Counted from the stretch's first letter, positions 8,146-17,701 are shown. The stretch is DNA of 30,865 bases from Candidatus Thorarchaeota archaeon (GCA_016840855.1 JAEORO010000057.1:1-30865); one strand, 5' to 3'. Notes: generated from the letters alone by a model not told the origin. Made by a program: numbers and translations.

Positions 8146-8952
8146 TTATGCTGGTTTTCCCAGATTCCACTCGGACTCGGAATAGCGGCTTTGATATAAA
8201 GCCTGTGCAGTGTCCTTCTCTTCTTTCGAATAAGCTCCTCTTTCGATTGACCGTCCAGAAACTTTCTCAAGACTCTCTGTTATTACATTTTTAATCGTGC
8301 CATCTGAGGGGCATTCCCTAACATGGTCTGCTATATTGGTCACATCATCGCGTTTACTCTTCATGCATCGGACTCTAGTCCGATCACGTAGAAATACTGA
8401 CTGTCCTGAGGGTGGTGAAAGACTCTGTCGAAGCATCAGAAGATTTGCATTGATTAACAGAGTACCATGCAGAAAAGCAACCCCTCTCTTGAGCCAACCA
8501 GCTGTTCCTGTGATTTTCAGGTCATTTATTCTGATACATGAATGGCTAGGGTCATATTTTGTTGGAACGCCAACTGATTGAAGAGCGCTCGAGATAGCAC
8601 CAATGAATAACTCATAGATTTCATTCAATTTCTTTGGTACATAATCTTCACTTCGATTTGCACAGATTGAGAAGTTAAGGTTCCCGAGGTCGTGATACAC
8701 AGCTCCCCCTCCTGTGAATCTTCGAGCAATCGAAATCTCATTATCTAAGCAATAAGAAAGATTCACCTCTTTGTGAACACATTGAAATCTACCAATAACC
8801 ACTGCTTTGTCAGAACGCCAGAACCGAATTGTACTTTGTTTATCCTCTTGACTCGCGGCTACTCTAGCTATTGCTTCATCAAATGCGAGGTTCCAATAGA
8901 CATTTGTATTATCCTCAGTAATTAGCCGCCATTCCATGAGCATATCACTCAA
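8146..8952 (-). CDS. lplA: Lipoate-protein ligase A family (catalytic domain only)
   Basis: NLAFDEA, VVIGRFQ, RRFTGGGAVYHDLGNLNFS, KITGTA, HGTLL, terminal EWNLG. Confidence 0.9.
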   Translation of the reverse strand: MSDMLMEWRLITEDNTNVYWNLAFDEAIARVAASQEDKQSTIRFWRSDKAVVIGRFQCVHKEVNLSYCLDNEISIARRFTGGGAVYHDLGNLNFSICANRSEDYVPKKLNEIYELFIGAISSALQSVGVPTKYDPSHSCIRINDLKITGTAGWLKRGVAFLHGTLLINANLLMLRQSLSPPSGQSVFLRDRTRVRCMKSKRDDVTNIADHVRECPSDGTIKNVITESLEKVSGRSIERGAYSKEEKDTAQALYQSRYSESEWNLGKPA

Positions 8953-9022
8953 TTCTATTATGTCATCTGTTTCATGTATATGTCACTGATTAGCTTGTTG
9001 CATGAGCAAAATAAATTGGTTA

Positions 9023-9143
9023 GCCGGTGGTCAAAGAAGGTTGCTCACCACCGGCGGGAGGCCTCAGAGCAACATTTGAGGCTTGGAGCAGATGTCGTAT
9101 TCGAGGCTGACACGATTAACGCGTGTCAGTAATCCATCTGCTC
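9023..9143. ncRNA. Candidate structured RNA or cis-element: three stem-loops with complementary loops
   Basis: Stems 9023-31/9047-55 (9 bp), 9061-66/9077-82 (6 bp), 9086-94/9135-43 (9 bp) enclosing 9107-14/9122-29 (8 bp). Loops GTTGCTC (9040-46) and GAGCAAC (9067-73) are complementary. Confidence 0.55.
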
Positions 9144-9194
9144 TGTAGAATATAAGGTCACCAACTTTCTAACTGACGAAAATACATCATAAAA

Positions 9195-9533
9195 CTATGA
9201 TAGTATGTTACCACACTCATGGCAGGTCAGGGACCCAGGGCGGAGCTGAGTACCACAATACGGGCAGATTCTTCCCTTTGGAGGTGACTCGATATATGGT
9301 TCTGAATATGATTGTTGTGCGCCAAGTACGAATCTGCCTGATGTTCTAATATTTCGAAGACCAATTTGATCAGCATAGAACTCAGTATAACCACAATCTG
9401 CGCAAGTGAAGGACTCCAATGTTGCGGTAGATAATCCTGGTAGGTCAATCCTGACATAATGTTGGCCTGCCACCTTATGAGGTCCTGCTATCCTGTTGCT
9501 TCCGCACTTTGGACAAGTACTAGTATGAATCAT
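9195..9533 (-). CDS. Double zinc-ribbon protein
   Basis: CPKCG...CADCGYTEFY and CPYCG...CHECG. Confidence 0.8.
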   Translation of the reverse strand: MIHTSTCPKCGSNRIAGPHKVAGQHYVRIDLPGLSTATLESFTCADCGYTEFYADQIGLRNIRTSGRFVLGAQQSYSEPYIESPPKGRICPYCGTQLRPGSLTCHECGNILS

Positions 9534-9586
9534 CCCAATTTCAAGTGATACTCCAATTTGAAGACTGATAATGCTTTGGCATTACG

Positions 9587-10348
9587 CTAGTTATTACTGG
9601 TCTTCAATAGATAATATCCATTGAGAATCGTCAATAGAATACCAATGCCTATGGGTATAAACAAGCCACTCCATACTGAAAATCCAGTCCAAAATGCAAG
9701 ACTTATGAAAAGACTACTTGACACCTCGATTGGGATTTCTTGTTGCACATCATTGATTCTTTGTATTGTCTGATGAAGGATTAATGATGCAATGAATGCG
9801 GTAAGAAACCATCCTGTATAATTGGTTAATGGAATGCCATAATAAGGACCGGGAGTCAACCAGACCCAAATGCTCAGTACTACCGCAGCAGGATCTAGTA
9901 CCATATCAACAAGAACCAAGATTATTGCACTCAATACTAATTGCAGCTTCCAATCCGGAATTAATTTTGCAGAGATTGACAGACTACCAAATATCAGAGG
10001 TGCGAAAGCAAATGCTACACTCCATGGAACTAGTCCAAAAATCTTGACACCCATCCAGTCACTATAATAGAATTCACCATATGGCAGCCCTGTGGTGATT
10101 CCAATTGCTTCTACAATTATTGGAAAGATACCAAAGAAAACAATCAAGATGACTCCCCATCTAAAACCAATCCAGCGGATAAGAAAATAGTACGAGGGAA
10201 GTGAAAGAATCACGATGAAAAGCGCAGAAACCCATGTCACAGATTCCCCAATTGGTACATTTGCCACCAACCAACTAGCCAGAAAGAAAGCTATAGCACA
10301 TATGATGAGTATCAGTTTAAGTGGCTCAATACCTGATTTTGATGACAT
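9587..10348 (-). CDS. cruF: Carotenoid 1,2-hydratase (bisanhydrobacterioruberin hydratase, CruF family)
   Basis: Multi-TM protein with EAIGITTGLPYGEFYY, FGLVPW, DMVLDPAAV, W...YYGIPLTNYTGW; directly downstream of lyeJ. Confidence 0.85.
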   Translation of the reverse strand: MSSKSGIEPLKLILIICAIAFFLASWLVANVPIGESVTWVSALFIVILSLPSYYFLIRWIGFRWGVILIVFFGIFPIIVEAIGITTGLPYGEFYYSDWMGVKIFGLVPWSVAFAFAPLIFGSLSISAKLIPDWKLQLVLSAIILVLVDMVLDPAAVVLSIWVWLTPGPYYGIPLTNYTGWFLTAFIASLILHQTIQRINDVQQEIPIEVSSSLFISLAFWTGFSVWSGLFIPIGIGILLTILNGYYLLKTSNN

Positions 10349-10364
10349 TACTGACTCTCTCCAT

Positions 10365-11237
10365 TCATAAAAGCACGATTGGCAGTCCTATACTAAAGAA
10401 TAGTACAAGTCCGAAAAATCCTGTGTAGTAAGGGAAGTACCAGTAAGTTCGACTGATGTCCGCCTCAGGTCTGATAAGGAGATAAAGAGGTATCCCTGGG
10501 TAGACTATCATGAGTAGATTCCACGGGTAATTCCAGGGATACAAAACTATCAGTATGAATGCAAAAAGAAACCAAAATGCCAGACATAAGATTAGTGAGA
10601 TCTTCTTTCCAGCAATAACTGCAGTAGTCTTGATGTTGGCCATCCTATCTGCATCAATATCTGGAATTGCTGAGAAAAGCTGCATTGCAGATGTCCACAT
10701 GAAAGCAGCAAAAACCGGTAGGATTGGTGGAACCACTCCTGTTAACTGGTAGTATGAGAGAAGAGCTGGTATCACATACAAGAAATTAGAAGAAAAATCA
10801 AGAATGGGTACTGCTTTGAACCTGAGGGGTTTTACACTATAGAAGAAGGACAGCAACATCCATGATGTAAAGAATGTAACCGCAACCAAATCTGACAACT
10901 GGAATAGAATAAGAACGACTCCATATATGAATGATAATCTAACTAACAGATACAGGTTTCTCCTGTCTTTTTCAGCAGCCCGATACTCCTTCTCATCTTT
11001 CTTCGGATTGAACATGTCTGTGTCTTTATCAGAGATGTCGTTTACACCGTAGAGAAAAATATTCGCTGGTATCATAAAATAAAACAGATGAACTAGAAAC
11101 CAAGGATCTAGTAATTGAAATAAATTATAGCTCCCTGCGCTCATTCCAATTATGTAGCCAATAAGATAAGTTCCACCCAGATAAAGCCAGAATCTAACTC
11201 TTGACACCTTGAAAGCGAGATATAGAATATTCGTCAT
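10365..11237 (-). CDS. lyeJ: UbiA-family prenyltransferase, lycopene elongase/1,2-hydratase (LyeJ/CrtEb)
   Basis: SRVRFWLYLGG, YFMIPANIFLYGVNDISDKDTD..NPKK, YSVKPLRFK..P.LD..SN, LFSAIPDIDADR.ANIKTTA. Confidence 0.87.
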   Translation of the reverse strand: MTNILYLAFKVSRVRFWLYLGGTYLIGYIIGMSAGSYNLFQLLDPWFLVHLFYFMIPANIFLYGVNDISDKDTDMFNPKKDEKEYRAAEKDRRNLYLLVRLSFIYGVVLILFQLSDLVAVTFFTSWMLLSFFYSVKPLRFKAVPILDFSSNFLYVIPALLSYYQLTGVVPPILPVFAAFMWTSAMQLFSAIPDIDADRMANIKTTAVIAGKKISLILCLAFWFLFAFILIVLYPWNYPWNLLMIVYPGIPLYLLIRPEADISRTYWYFPYYTGFFGLVLFFSIGLPIVLL

Positions 11238-11266
11238 ATCACAGCCTCCCCTAGATTCTCACACTC

Positions 11267-12739
11267 TTAGTCATTAGTTTCGTATTCCTTGTTGATGAGA
11301 TTTGTGACTATCTCTGATGCAATGAGGACCATTGGAACACCAATTCCTGGATGAGTGTATTGTCCTGTATAGAACAGATTCTTCACTTTCTTGCTTCTGT
11401 GTCTTGGTCTGAAGAACGCAGACTGACTAAATGTATGAGTTAAACCTACAGCTGTTCCTTTGTACGCATTATAGTCCTGTGAAAAATCATTCAGCGAGAA
11501 GATTCTCTTTACTACAATTGAATCCTGTATGCTTGTTTCAGTCACTTTCTCCATATGCTTGATTATCTTGTCAAAATAAGCCTCACGAATCTCGGGAGTG
11601 TCCTCTATACCCGGTGAAATTGGTATCGTGACGAATATGTTCTCACCATCGGGTGGTGCTACAGTATCATCCATCTTTGATGGACAACACAGATAGTACG
11701 CAGGCTCATCTGGCCATGAGGGCTCTTCAAAAATCTGTTCAAAATGCCTGACCCAATCGTAATCCAAGATTACATTGTGGTGTGTAAGACTCTGAATCTT
11801 CTTGTTCAATCCAAGATACAGGACAAAGGCTGAAGGAGCAATCGTTTTTTTCTCCCAGTAGCTCCTCGGGTATGTTTGGAACTCCATGTCAAGAAGGTCC
11901 ATTTCGGAGTGAGGATAATCTGCGTTACTCACAACAATGTCAGCTTCAAACTCACCCTCAGTTGTGATGACTTTTGTGACCTTCTTGTTTTCAACCACAA
12001 TCTTGGTCACTTCAGTTTCAAATCGAATGTCAGCTCCATACTCGACTGCTAACTTTTTTGTTGCTTCAACAATCTTCCCAAGTCCACCATAAGGATACCA
12101 CACTCCAAGGTTGAAATCAATATGAGATATCATAGAATAGAGTGCTGGTGTATTCTTTGGGTTACCTCCTAGAAAGACTATCGAATACTGGAGTATCTTC
12201 TTTGCTCTCTCTGTCGAAAAGTACTTGCTAATCAGCTTCTCCATATTAGAAAGAATACTCAATTTCCATCCTGCAGCCATTAGTTTAGGACTGAACATTG
12301 CCCGTATTCCAGCCAAATCTTGGTACATTAGACCTTTCAAGAGATATTCGTACTTGGTCTGAGCTTGTTTGAGGTATTCCTCAAGCTTCCTTGCTCCATC
12401 CTCCTCAAGTTTCTCAAATAGGACTTTATTTTCCTCCAAGTTGGCTGAAATATCAATCACATCATCTGAGAAAAAGATCCTATATGATGGGTTTAATCGT
12501 ATCAGTTTATAGAAATCTTCTACTTTCCTCCCAAAAATCTCAAAGAAATGTTCGAATATCTCAGGCATCAAATACCATGAGGGTCCCATATCAAACACAA
12601 ACCCATCTTTCTCCCACACCCGTGCTCTACCTCCCGGCATTGTAGTTTTTTCTAGCACAGTCACCTTGTGACCCGATTTGGCAAGCAGAGCTGCAGCAGC
12701 TAATCCTCCAACACCTGCACCTATCACTATGATTTTCAT
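11267..12739 (-). CDS. crtD: Phytoene desaturase family protein; probable carotenoid 3,4-desaturase (haloarchaeal CrtD-like)
   Basis: GAGVGG Rossmann motif, FDMGPSWYLMP, GTAVGLTHT..QSAFFRP, HPGIGVPMVL; first gene of a crtD-lyeJ-cruF order. CrtD versus CrtI rests on synteny. Confidence 0.75.
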   Translation of the reverse strand: MKIIVIGAGVGGLAAAALLAKSGHKVTVLEKTTMPGGRARVWEKDGFVFDMGPSWYLMPEIFEHFFEIFGRKVEDFYKLIRLNPSYRIFFSDDVIDISANLEENKVLFEKLEEDGARKLEEYLKQAQTKYEYLLKGLMYQDLAGIRAMFSPKLMAAGWKLSILSNMEKLISKYFSTERAKKILQYSIVFLGGNPKNTPALYSMISHIDFNLGVWYPYGGLGKIVEATKKLAVEYGADIRFETEVTKIVVENKKVTKVITTEGEFEADIVVSNADYPHSEMDLLDMEFQTYPRSYWEKKTIAPSAFVLYLGLNKKIQSLTHHNVILDYDWVRHFEQIFEEPSWPDEPAYYLCCPSKMDDTVAPPDGENIFVTIPISPGIEDTPEIREAYFDKIIKHMEKVTETSIQDSIVVKRIFSLNDFSQDYNAYKGTAVGLTHTFSQSAFFRPRHRSKKVKNLFYTGQYTHPGIGVPMVLIASEIVTNLINKEYETND

Positions 12740-12849
12740 GTTCTACACCAGCTCTCAGGAACGATATTTTGTGGATTTCACGAAATGTCTTTTTTTTCCT
12801 ATCGTAATAATTTTAAAGGATATCTATTGAAACAACCAAAAAAAAACGC

Positions 12850-13905
12850 ATGACTCGAAAGCGAAGTTGGAGAGGATTGATAAGATTGTTCTTTAAAAGC
12901 GAATTCACAGAAACGTACGCTACATGTGAATATGATTCTCACTTGTCTGTTCTTCCTTCAAATGTCATCCCGCAGTTGGATCCTACTGCTCTCGACCTAG
13001 AAGCTAGTTATAATTGTTGCATGAGTCTGTTCAAAGTCCATGCGCGATCATTTTACTTCGCATCAAGATACCTCGACGAGAACGATCGACAGTCTTTTGC
13101 TGCTTTGTATGCATTCTGCAGATTGGCTGATGATTTTGCTGACGAAATAGATATTCCTGCAGAAAAAATAGAGGAAGAGCTCGATGCTCTCAAAGATATC
13201 GTGAAACGAATGAATGAAGGAGAAATTTTTGATCATCCTGTTTTACGTGCCTTTGGAGATACAATGGGGAAATACAAAATTCCCCTCAAATACTTGAACG
13301 AGCTCATTGAAGGAGTTCGGATGGATATCAATCTGAAAGAAATCAAAACCATTCAAGAGCTTGAAAAGTACTGTTACCAAGTAGCCTCAACAGTTGGTGT
13401 CATGTTATGTTACATAATGGGCGCAACTGATACCAAAACCATTGAACGGGCAATCGATTTGGGCCAGGCTCTCCAACTCACAAATATCCTCCGTGATATC
13501 GATGAAGATTTCAAAAATGGTCGGATATACATCCCTCTCGAAACAAGACGACAATTTAGAGTGACGAGAGATGATTTTGCAGAGGAAGAGGTAAGTCCGA
13601 ATTTCAGATGGTTAATTAAACACATGATAGCACTAGCAAACTCGTATTATGCCAAAGCTGAAATTGGCATACAGGACTTACCACCAGCGGCTGCGTTCAC
13701 AGTCAAAGTCGCAAGTAGAGTCTATGCAGAGATTTTGAATGAAATTAAAAAGATGGATTATCAAGTCTTCAAGCAGAGAGCAATAGTGCCAAAATGGAAG
13801 AAACTCTGGATTGCCTATAAACTTCGGAGAGAGTACTATAGAGAAAAGAAAGTGTACGAAGCATCTAACGATAGGAAGACAGTTGAAAAATCCGTTATTA
13901 CATAG
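12850..13905 (+). CDS. crtB: Phytoene synthase
   Basis: HARSFYFAS, LYAFCRLADDFAD, YCYQVASTVG, LGQALQLTNILRDIDEDFKNGRIYIP. Confidence 0.93.
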   Translation: MTRKRSWRGLIRLFFKSEFTETYATCEYDSHLSVLPSNVIPQLDPTALDLEASYNCCMSLFKVHARSFYFASRYLDENDRQSFAALYAFCRLADDFADEIDIPAEKIEEELDALKDIVKRMNEGEIFDHPVLRAFGDTMGKYKIPLKYLNELIEGVRMDINLKEIKTIQELEKYCYQVASTVGVMLCYIMGATDTKTIERAIDLGQALQLTNILRDIDEDFKNGRIYIPLETRRQFRVTRDDFAEEEVSPNFRWLIKHMIALANSYYAKAEIGIQDLPPAAAFTVKVASRVYAEILNEIKKMDYQVFKQRAIVPKWKKLWIAYKLRREYYREKKVYEASNDRKTVEKSVIT

Positions 13906-13929
13906 CAATCTGATTCAGGAGGTAGCAAA

Positions 13930-15435
13930 TTGAGTGAACACGATGAAAAACAGGTAATAGTAATTGGCGGTGGTCTAGGAGGTTTAGCAGCGGCCATCCG
14001 AATGCAGAGCGCAGGGCATTCGGTCATTCTCCTCGAGAAACGTAAACAATTGGGTGGACGTGCTGGTGTGTTTACTGAGAAGGGATATACATTCGATACT
14101 GGCCCAACAATAATCACACCTCCATTTCTAATCAATGAACTCTTTGAATTTGCTGGGAAGGATGTGGCTAACTATGTTGAGCTTGTAAGGGTGTCCCCCA
14201 AATATCGCCTCTATTTCTCAGATGGAACTTCCATGGACTATGGCAGCTATAATGATAATATTGGACAAATCGAGAAATTCAACCAGGAAGATGTCAAGGG
14301 ATATGAAAAGTTTCTCAAAGCCATCAAACCAATCTATGAGCTAGGGTTTGAGAAGCTTGGTTCAATGCCTTTCGAAACAATTTGGAGTATGGCTAAGTTG
14401 GCTCCTGCGGGTATCCGTTACAGGGCATATCGAAGTGTCTATGGGATGGTTTCTGCATATTTGAAGGACCACCGTTTACGAATAGCATTGTCATTCAATC
14501 CGCTTTTCATAGGTGGGAACCCATTCACAGCAACTTCAATCTATACATTGATTACCTATATCGAGGAAAAGCATGGAGTCTGGTGGGCACGAGGAGGAAC
14601 CCACAAATTAGTTGAAGCTATGGAGCGTTTGTTCGTTGAGCTGGGTGGAGAGTACCATCTAGACTCGGAAGTCGATCAAATTGCTGTGTCGGATTCTAAT
14701 AGGGTAAAAAGTGTTTCAACTGTTGATGATAGGTCCTATGATGCAAACATCGTGATATCAAATGCAGATGTTGCAAACACGTACATGAAGCTCGTTGATA
14801 AGAAAGTTTTCAGAAAGAAAAATGGAGATGGTCTCTACAGGAGAGCAAAATACTCGATGAGTCTATTCATGACATATTTTGGAGTAGAAAAGCAGTACCC
14901 AGATATGGCTCATCATAGTATTGTCTTTGGGCCCAGATACAAGGAACTACTTGATGACATTTTCAAGAAGAAAGTTGTACCTGATGACTTCTCAACATAC
15001 TTACATATCCCGACAAGGACTGACCCTGAACTGGCCCCACCTGGTTGTGAAACAATGTATGCATGTACACCTGTGGCTAACCTTGATTCTGGCACTGACT
15101 GGGAATCAAAGAAAGAGGAATTCAGTAATCATATCTTGAACACTTTGGACAAGAGGGTGCTACCTGGACTTGTTGACAATTTGGCCGTAAAGAAAACATT
15201 CACTCCGGCAGACTATGAAACCAAACTAAATTCATACAAAGGAGCAGGATTCCAACTGCAACCGATATTGATGCAATCTGGATTCTTCAGGCCTCATAAC
15301 CGGTCTCAGGATGTAAAAGGTCTTTATCTAGTTGGGGCTGGAACTCACCCTGGAGCAGGAGTTCCTAGTGTGATAATGAGCGCAGATTTGACTACTCAGA
15401 TGATTTTCGATGATATTGAGAAAGGAGTTCTCTAA
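13930..15435 (+). CDS. crtI: Phytoene desaturase
   Basis: GGGLGG, FDTGPTIITPP, GGNPF..TSIY.LI, QSGFFRPHN, LYLVGAGTHPGAGVP. Confidence 0.92.
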   Translation: MSEHDEKQVIVIGGGLGGLAAAIRMQSAGHSVILLEKRKQLGGRAGVFTEKGYTFDTGPTIITPPFLINELFEFAGKDVANYVELVRVSPKYRLYFSDGTSMDYGSYNDNIGQIEKFNQEDVKGYEKFLKAIKPIYELGFEKLGSMPFETIWSMAKLAPAGIRYRAYRSVYGMVSAYLKDHRLRIALSFNPLFIGGNPFTATSIYTLITYIEEKHGVWWARGGTHKLVEAMERLFVELGGEYHLDSEVDQIAVSDSNRVKSVSTVDDRSYDANIVISNADVANTYMKLVDKKVFRKKNGDGLYRRAKYSMSLFMTYFGVEKQYPDMAHHSIVFGPRYKELLDDIFKKKVVPDDFSTYLHIPTRTDPELAPPGCETMYACTPVANLDSGTDWESKKEEFSNHILNTLDKRVLPGLVDNLAVKKTFTPADYETKLNSYKGAGFQLQPILMQSGFFRPHNRSQDVKGLYLVGAGTHPGAGVPSVIMSADLTTQMIFDDIEKGVL

Positions 15436-15481
15436 AAGGGAAGAACTGTAAAAGTGGTCTATATTGAGCTGAAAAGAAACA

Positions 15482-16726
15482 CTAGATTTTCATCATGAAT
15501 GGATTTTCAAGGGTTTCCTTCAGGGCGGCAAGAAATTGTCCTGCTGGTGCACCATCTAACACTCTATGATCCACAGCGCAGCTAGCCATCATCATTGATC
15601 TAATCACGATCTTGTCATCAATTACAACCGGTTTCTTATTGATTTGTCCGAGAGCTAGGATTGCAGTTTCTGGAGGGTTGATTACCGGAATGAAAAGATC
15701 GACATTGAATGGTCCAAGGTTCGATACAGTGAAGGTGCTTCCTGAGAGTTCTTCAGGTTTCAGTTCATTTGTCTTTGCCCGTTTCCCAAAGTCCTTAGTT
15801 TCCAAAGCGATTTCGGTGATTGATTTTCTGTTTGCCCCTTTAATGGTTGGTACAATAAGGCCATCGTCAGTCGCCATAGCAACACCGATGTTCACCTCAT
15901 CGAACATGACCAAATCATTTCCCATAAGGGTCGCGTTGAATTTCGGAAATCGGTCGAGCGTGTCTGCCACGGCCTTAACGATGATATCATTGAATGAAAC
16001 TCTAATCCCGTACTTCTTCTCAACTTGCTCATTAATTTCAGTACGCAGCTCCACAACTTCCGTCATGTCAATCTCAGTAATCATAGTTATATGTGGGTTC
16101 TGAGCGCTCTGAGTCATCCTTCGTGCAATAGTTCTCCGCAAGGGTGCTAATGGTGCTACCTGCTTCACTTTGCGTTCATCAGAAACTGCAACTTGAGGTA
16201 CAGTTTCTGCTGCAAGGACATCTTTTTCGACAATTCTTCCTTCAGGACCAGTACCAACAATAAACGAGAGGTCGACTCCCATCTCTTTTGCTTTCTTTTT
16301 GGCTCGTGGTGAGGCTTTGATTTTTCCTCCTGGTAGTCGAGTTTCAACGCTTGGTACAGTGGTTCTAGCTGCAACCTTTGTTGCAGGGATTGAAACACTG
16401 GGAGTGATGGTTGCAGCAGCAGTAGTAGTGACAGCATCTTTGTTGAGCTTTATTGGCATCGCATCAGGCACTTTCTCGCCTTTCTCACCTATGTAAGCAA
16501 TCGGCTCACTGATTGGAATCTCATCATCCACCTCACATAGAATTTTGAGTAACACCCCATCAGCTGGTGCTTCCAATTCGAATTCATTCTTTTCACCAAA
16601 GATCTCAACGATTGGTTCACCCTGTTTTACAATGTCCCCCTCTTTTTTCAGCCATTTGAGTATCACACCGTATTCCATGGCTACACTCATTCGTTGCATG
16701 ATCATGGTTGTTACCATCGACTTCAC
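15482..16726 (-). CDS. pdhC: 2-oxoacid dehydrogenase complex E2, dihydrolipoamide acyltransferase
   Basis: Lipoyl domain (EIFGEKNEFELEAPADG), subunit-binding domain ASPRAKK...GTGPEGRI, catalytic DHRVLDGA. Confidence 0.9.
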   Translation of the reverse strand: MKSMVTTMIMQRMSVAMEYGVILKWLKKEGDIVKQGEPIVEIFGEKNEFELEAPADGVLLKILCEVDDEIPISEPIAYIGEKGEKVPDAMPIKLNKDAVTTTAAATITPSVSIPATKVAARTTVPSVETRLPGGKIKASPRAKKKAKEMGVDLSFIVGTGPEGRIVEKDVLAAETVPQVAVSDERKVKQVAPLAPLRRTIARRMTQSAQNPHITMITEIDMTEVVELRTEINEQVEKKYGIRVSFNDIIVKAVADTLDRFPKFNATLMGNDLVMFDEVNIGVAMATDDGLIVPTIKGANRKSITEIALETKDFGKRAKTNELKPEELSGSTFTVSNLGPFNVDLFIPVINPPETAILALGQINKKPVVIDDKIVIRSMMMASCAVDHRVLDGAPAGQFLAALKETLENPFMMKI

Positions 16727-17701
16727 CTACACAATATCCCTAATCGCTTGGGCGATTCTCTTGTTATTGGGAATGAAATAATCTTCAAGCGGTGGACTAA
16801 ATGGAACCGGTGTATCTGGTGCATTGACCCTCTTTATTGGTGCATCCAGCCAGTCAAATGCATCCTCTTGAACAATCGCCGCGACTTCTGCTGTAGATGC
16901 TCCTGTCTTGGTCTCTTCAGTTACAAGTACAAGCCGTCCGGTCTTTTTCACTGAATCAGTCAAGGTCTTGACATCTAGAGGAGCAAGAGTCCTAGGATCG
17001 ATTACTTCTACACTGATACCCTCTTTCTCAAGCTCATCAGCCACCTCAATGGCTCTGTGAAGCATAAAGAAAGTTCCCCATACTGTAACATCCGCCCCTT
17101 CTCTTCTGATTCTTGCCTGTCCGAATGGGATCGTATAGTCCTCATCCGGCACTTCTTCTTTCTTATCATAGACAAGCTTATGCTCAAAGAACATGACTGG
17201 GTCAGGATCTCTTATGGCCGTCTTGATGAGACCTTTCACATCATAAGCAAATGCTGGGACTGCGATCTTAAGGCCTGGCGTGTGCATGAACCAAGACTCA
17301 AGGCTCTGCGAGTGGTGTGATGCAATGTTCTTACCACCTCCGAACACGCTTCGAAGTACCAATGGTACTGAAGTCTGTCCACCAAACATGTATCGCATCT
17401 TGGCTGCTTGATTGCAGACTTGATCCATAGCGAGTGTGATGAGGTCCCCAAACATGATTTCAGCTACAGGAATCAGTCCTGTGATGGCTGCTCCCACAGC
17501 AGCGCCTGCAATAGTGTTCTCTGATATGGGTGTGTCTCGGACTCTATCTTCACCAAACTCCTCAGCTAATCCCTTTGTTACCTTGAAAGCTCCGCCCCAT
17601 CGAAGCCCAACATCTTCCCCCATAATGAACACACGTTCATCGCGTAGCATCTCCTCACGAAGTCCAGCTTTTAGAGCATCTCTGTATGTCATCTCTGGCA
17701 T
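16727..17701 (-). CDS. pdhB: 2-oxoacid/acetoin dehydrogenase E1 beta subunit
   Basis: GEDVG, DTPISE, EIMFGD, HHSQSLESWF, DPVMFFEHK. Confidence 0.92.
   Translation of the reverse strand: MPEMTYRDALKAGLREEMLRDERVFIMGEDVGLRWGGAFKVTKGLAEEFGEDRVRDTPISENTIAGAAVGAAITGLIPVAEIMFGDLITLAMDQVCNQAAKMRYMFGGQTSVPLVLRSVFGGGKNIASHHSQSLESWFMHTPGLKIAVPAFAYDVKGLIKTAIRDPDPVMFFEHKLVYDKKEEVPDEDYTIPFGQARIRREGADVTVWGTFFMLHRAIEVADELEKEGISVEVIDPRTLAPLDVKTLTDSVKKTGRLVLVTEETKTGASTAEVAAIVQEDAFDWLDAPIKRVNAPDTPVPFSPPLEDYFIPNNKRIAQAIRDIV

Noticed and set aside
8127-8270. N-terminal extension of the CMD ORF as given in the track
   Set aside because: It overlaps lplA in another frame; the domain begins at ATG 8126.
9023-9143. 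SRP RNA Alu domain, HDV-like/twister ribozyme, SECIS or H/ACA identity for the structured element
   Set aside because: No UGU turn or S-domain helix-8 motif; no GG after the putative HDV P1 strand; no AUGA/GA quartet; no ACA box after the hairpin.
12790-12846. T8 and A9 homopolymers in the crt divergent promoter as a phase-variation switch
   Set aside because: Short A/T runs are common in AT-rich promoters, and a single sequence gives no evidence of length variation.
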